UHGV virus genome: UHGV-0214677
Origin: a virus
Direction: 5' to 3' (one strand)
Length of the DNA: 10,432 nucleotides
Part shown: one piece after another, positions 7,109 to 10,432 of the stretch
How positions within the stretch are numbered: position 1 is the first letter of the stretch
Layout of the letters: each line of letters starts with the position of its first letter
The notes under the pieces: generated by a model
Seen by the model: only the letters and a program-made list of their open reading frames with translations
Databases searched by the model: none
Told to the model about the DNA's origin: nothing
Made by a program: the position numbers and the translations under genes

Positions 7109-8136
7109 TGGAAATTTTAAAGCGGGATTCAAACAGTATTAATATTGCTTCCTTTTGGGAGGGCTTTTCATTAGGCAAATTTAATTTTGATCCTCCTTAT
7201 CAAAGAGATAGTGTTTGGGATGAAGAAAAACAATCATTCTTTATAGATAGTATACTACGTAACTATCCAATTCCCCCTATATTTCTCCATCAAAAAATTG
7301 ATGATGACACCGGAAGAATCACGTTTGAAGTTGTTGACGGAAAACAGAGGCTCACTGCCATTGTTAATTTTATCAATGGCCAAATAACATCAGCAAGTGA
7401 GGAAGAAGATGATGAATTGACTGGTGTGTTTTTTTCCGATTTATCAACTTCTAAATATGCAGAAGTTAAAAAATTATTCTGGCGATATCAGATGCCTATA
7501 GAGTACATTGATACTGAAGACGAAAGAATAATTGATAGTATTTTCGACAGGCTTAACAGAAATGGTGAACGACTTAACGGACAAGAGTTAAGGAATGCCA
7601 AATATCATGATACTGATTTTTATAAAAAAATAGTAGAATATTCACAACGTGAATATTGGCAAAAATTGCTAGAGCACGTTGATAAGAAGAGAATGGAAGA
7701 CAAAGAGTTTGTATCTGAATTGATATTCACGATCCTTGAGGATGAAGTATTTGGTGCAACTCAAGACATAATTGATAGTCTTTACGAGAAGTATTGCACC
7801 AAGAATGGTGATGAAACAAATGAGGCATTTTCTATTTTTGAAAAAACAACTGACTATTTAGTTGATATGAATATTGATTTCAAAAGTCATAAAGCAAGCG
7901 GTGTTAGTCACTTATACGGAATCTTCAGTTATGCACTTTATTGCAGTAACAATAATGTTCCTGTAGAAGAAGCGTCAAATAGACTTTCCACCTTCCTGGA
8001 TAGCTTGTGGGAAAAAGATACACAACATAATGCGGAATTAAGAAGAGAATATAGAAAAACTATGAGTTCTAGCACAAAAAGCAAAACCCAACGCTCACGT
8101 AGAATTGAAGTGCTTTTAAATCTACTTCACGATTAA
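7108..8136 (+). CDS. DUF262 / ParB-like nucleotide-binding domain protein without a C-terminal HNH (DUF1524) domain
   Basis: 342-aa ORF with ATG at 7108 overlapping the upstream stop (TAATG), preceded by AAGGAG (7093-7098). N-terminal 'FDPPYQRDSVWDEEKQSFFIDSIL' and 'EVVDGKQRLTAI' match the two signature motifs of DUF262 (the GmrS / SspE N-terminal ParB-like domain). No His-Me/HNH-like motif is visible in the C-terminal ~140 aa. Confidence 0.75.
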   Translation: MEILKRDSNSINIASFWEGFSLGKFNFDPPYQRDSVWDEEKQSFFIDSILRNYPIPPIFLHQKIDDDTGRITFEVVDGKQRLTAIVNFINGQITSASEEEDDELTGVFFSDLSTSKYAEVKKLFWRYQMPIEYIDTEDERIIDSIFDRLNRNGERLNGQELRNAKYHDTDFYKKIVEYSQREYWQKLLEHVDKKRMEDKEFVSELIFTILEDEVFGATQDIIDSLYEKYCTKNGDETNEAFSIFEKTTDYLVDMNIDFKSHKASGVSHLYGIFSYALYCSNNNVPVEEASNRLSTFLDSLWEKDTQHNAELRREYRKTMSSSTKSKTQRSRRIEVLLNLLHD

Positions 8137-8148
8137 ACTATATAATAG

Positions 8149-8177
8149 TAGGAGTGAACTTCGCTCCTGCTTTTCTC
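8149..8177 (+). terminator. Possible weak intrinsic terminator downstream of the DUF262 gene
   Basis: AGGAG (8150-8154) ... CTCCT (8164-8168) can form a short stem, followed by GCTTTTCTC. The stem is short and the loop long, so this is tentative. Confidence 0.3.
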
Positions 8178-8788
8178 ACTCTATCTTTTATTATTTCTCT
8201 TTGAGATATGAAGTAATACTTTAAAAATATAAATCACATTCATCGCATATGATATTGTGATATCCCCACATGGTGCATGTTCGTAGTCTATCCCTCAGGC
8301 AAATAATAATAGAAAGTTAACCGAATCAGTTATACTCTCACCCAGATATTAGGATGGCTAAATCAACATGAGTGCAAGGATCGTCTTGGGGGAAACATTG
8401 GCACTGTGTGATGGCTCATCATTAAAAAATCAGTTTATATCAAAAGTAAATGATTACAGAAAAACTATATTTATAGATAAAGAAAAAAGCATTTAATTAC
8501 TTCTTAAATATGATAATCACACTCTGTGAAATGATACTTTGACTTACTTCCAATTATTAAACCACGAGATTCATGCATTACCATAATCATTTAAGAAAAC
8601 AAAAGTCCGGCCTTTGCTCTTATCAACCACTACAATTCATAAAGAAATCCTGTTGATGCAAAAAAAAGACATTGATCACAATATCGAGTTAATCATTTGA
8701 AAGTTTATTACTCACATTGAAAAATTTCTCAGTATCAGATATACCAACGTTGAGGGCTTCCCTCTTACATCTCAAAAGGATAACTATC

Positions 8789-8917
8789 ATGGGTCTTAAA
8801 CCAGGTCCAAAACCAATTGCTAAATCGACAGGAAAACCGGATCAACGCCGACGAGATAATAAAGATACTCCTGGCAACACTCCGGGACTAAAGCCAAGTA
8901 AGTCCACCGGGAAGTAA
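8789..8917 (+). CDS. Small Lys/Pro/Gly-rich hypothetical protein (42 aa)
   Basis: ATG at 8789 preceded by AAGGA (8775-8779), within ORF-track 8717..8917, whose TTG start has no SD. Translation MGLKPGPKPIAKSTGKPDQRRRDNKDTPGNTPGLKPSKSTGK is low-complexity. No family recognised. Confidence 0.3.
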   Translation: MGLKPGPKPIAKSTGKPDQRRRDNKDTPGNTPGLKPSKSTGK

Positions 8918-8922
8918 AAAAT

Positions 8923-8951
8923 CAGGGTATAAATAAGTTATTTATACCCTG
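8923..8951. terminator. Perfect palindromic hairpin between convergent genes, probably the terminator of the - strand gene remnant
   Basis: CAGGGTATAAATAA (8923-8936), G, TTATTTATACCCTG (8938-8951): 14-nt arms that are exact reverse complements. An A-run (8916-8921) on the + strand gives a U-tract after the hairpin for the - strand transcript. Confidence 0.55.
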
Positions 8952-8965
8952 ACTACATATCCAGT

Positions 8966-9861
8966 TTACTGAAGGTGTTTCTGCAGCCAGATGCACGTTC
9001 CTTCTGTATCATACGCCTGTGCCCCATACCCTGTAGCAAGCAAAGTCTCTGGTAAATACTCGTCATATTTATCCAGGTACTTGTCAGGAACAACTGCAGC
9101 AAGCTCAAACTCTGAAGGTAACCCCGACAATAACATTTTCTTAAGTGCACGCTGAACAGAGGCAACGCCTGAGCCCTCTACCTCTATCACACCTGCAAAT
9201 GAACTGGCTTTAAAGCCACAACGTATAAGCAGGGACGTAATTGTATTGACAATTTTATCCCCCATCCACGGGATCACGTAGCAGTTCTGACCACTGGCAA
9301 TAAAACAGTGATTTTGTAGATTGTAGCGTTGGAAGTTGTCACTTCCTTCCGCGAAGAGGCTTCTGGCTGCGGCATCAGCATAATCAACTCTCTTGTTGCC
9401 TACCGCGATACGGTAATCATTTTCCCTGTAGATAGCGAGCATCTCCTGGCGAACAACATCATGAACAGACATCCCGCTACCACTGAATAGTGGTGGCTGC
9501 CCGCCTTTAGTCGCCTCAACATAGATAGCTTTTTTTCAACCTCGATCTCTGTCACTTTCCAGCGCTGTCCGCCGAAGATGATGTGCTGCTCCGGCAAAAG
9601 TGGGGAGTCTACAGGCACTGTGCCAAGAGTTCGGTTTCCCGTTACAATGCGAAACTCCTCAGATGTATTGAATACGGCATAAAACGTGTAGTGATTAATC
9701 AGCTTCTCCCCCTCAGCCCCGACAACTATTTAACCGCTGGCTAGTTGAGTGAGCAGGCCACATGTCCCCATATGTTTAAGCAGACTTTTGAAGTCATTTA
9801 TATCCACATTCCGGAACGGACCTGTCTGGCAAAGTTGTGACCAGAGCTGATCGGCACGAAC
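8966..9861 (-). pseudogene. Disrupted gene of unknown function (C-terminal remnant with frameshift and in-frame stop, truncated by IS insertion)
   Basis: ORF-track fragments 8966..9472 and 9400..9618 are adjacent frames of one reading frame, broken at a 7-T homopolymer (9530-9536). Further upstream the reading continues in the same frame as the 9400..9618 fragment but is interrupted by an in-frame TAA near 9735, and the coding sequence runs directly into the IS end at 9862. I could not assign a family. Confidence 0.6.

Positions 9862-10432
<571 letters not shown>

Noticed and set aside
7700-8136. Search for a His-Me/HNH (DUF1524-like) nuclease motif in the C-terminal third of the DUF262 protein
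   Set aside because: No 'EH-x-x-P'-like or other HNH histidine/asparagine pattern is visible in the translation, so no nuclease domain is called; this needs a profile search to confirm.

Overview
This window reads as a mosaic mobile region of enterobacterial type, with four parts, and the most interesting part is an AT-rich two-gene cassette that looks like a candidate anti-phage system. (1) 1-3088: a tightly packed, translationally coupled run of + strand prophage accessory genes (lambdoid 'ea'-region type), including an Ead/Ea22-like protein and a DUF551 protein. (2) 3089-5351: an AT-rich spacer with two small ORFs and a clean intrinsic terminator, then an AlpA/Xis-family excisionase-like gene directly upstream of a P4-family tyrosine integrase. 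(3) 5490-8136: a degraded IS3-family orfA remnant, then a sharp shift to AT-rich DNA carrying the cassette: a SIR2-like (DHS-like NAD-binding) protein and a DUF262/ParB-like protein that lacks the usual GmrSD-type HNH partner domain. I do not recognise this pairing as a named defence system. (4) 8137-10432: a long AT-rich non-coding tract, a small Lys/Pro/Gly-rich ORF, a perfect palindromic terminator, a gene remnant on the - strand that is frameshifted and cut off by an IS, and the end of an IS3-family (IS629-like) element running off the window. No rRNA, tRNA or CRISPR array was found. All family assignments come from motifs I can read in the supplied translations and from memory of family signatures; no database search, HMM scan or fold prediction was run, so they are hypotheses with the confidences given.
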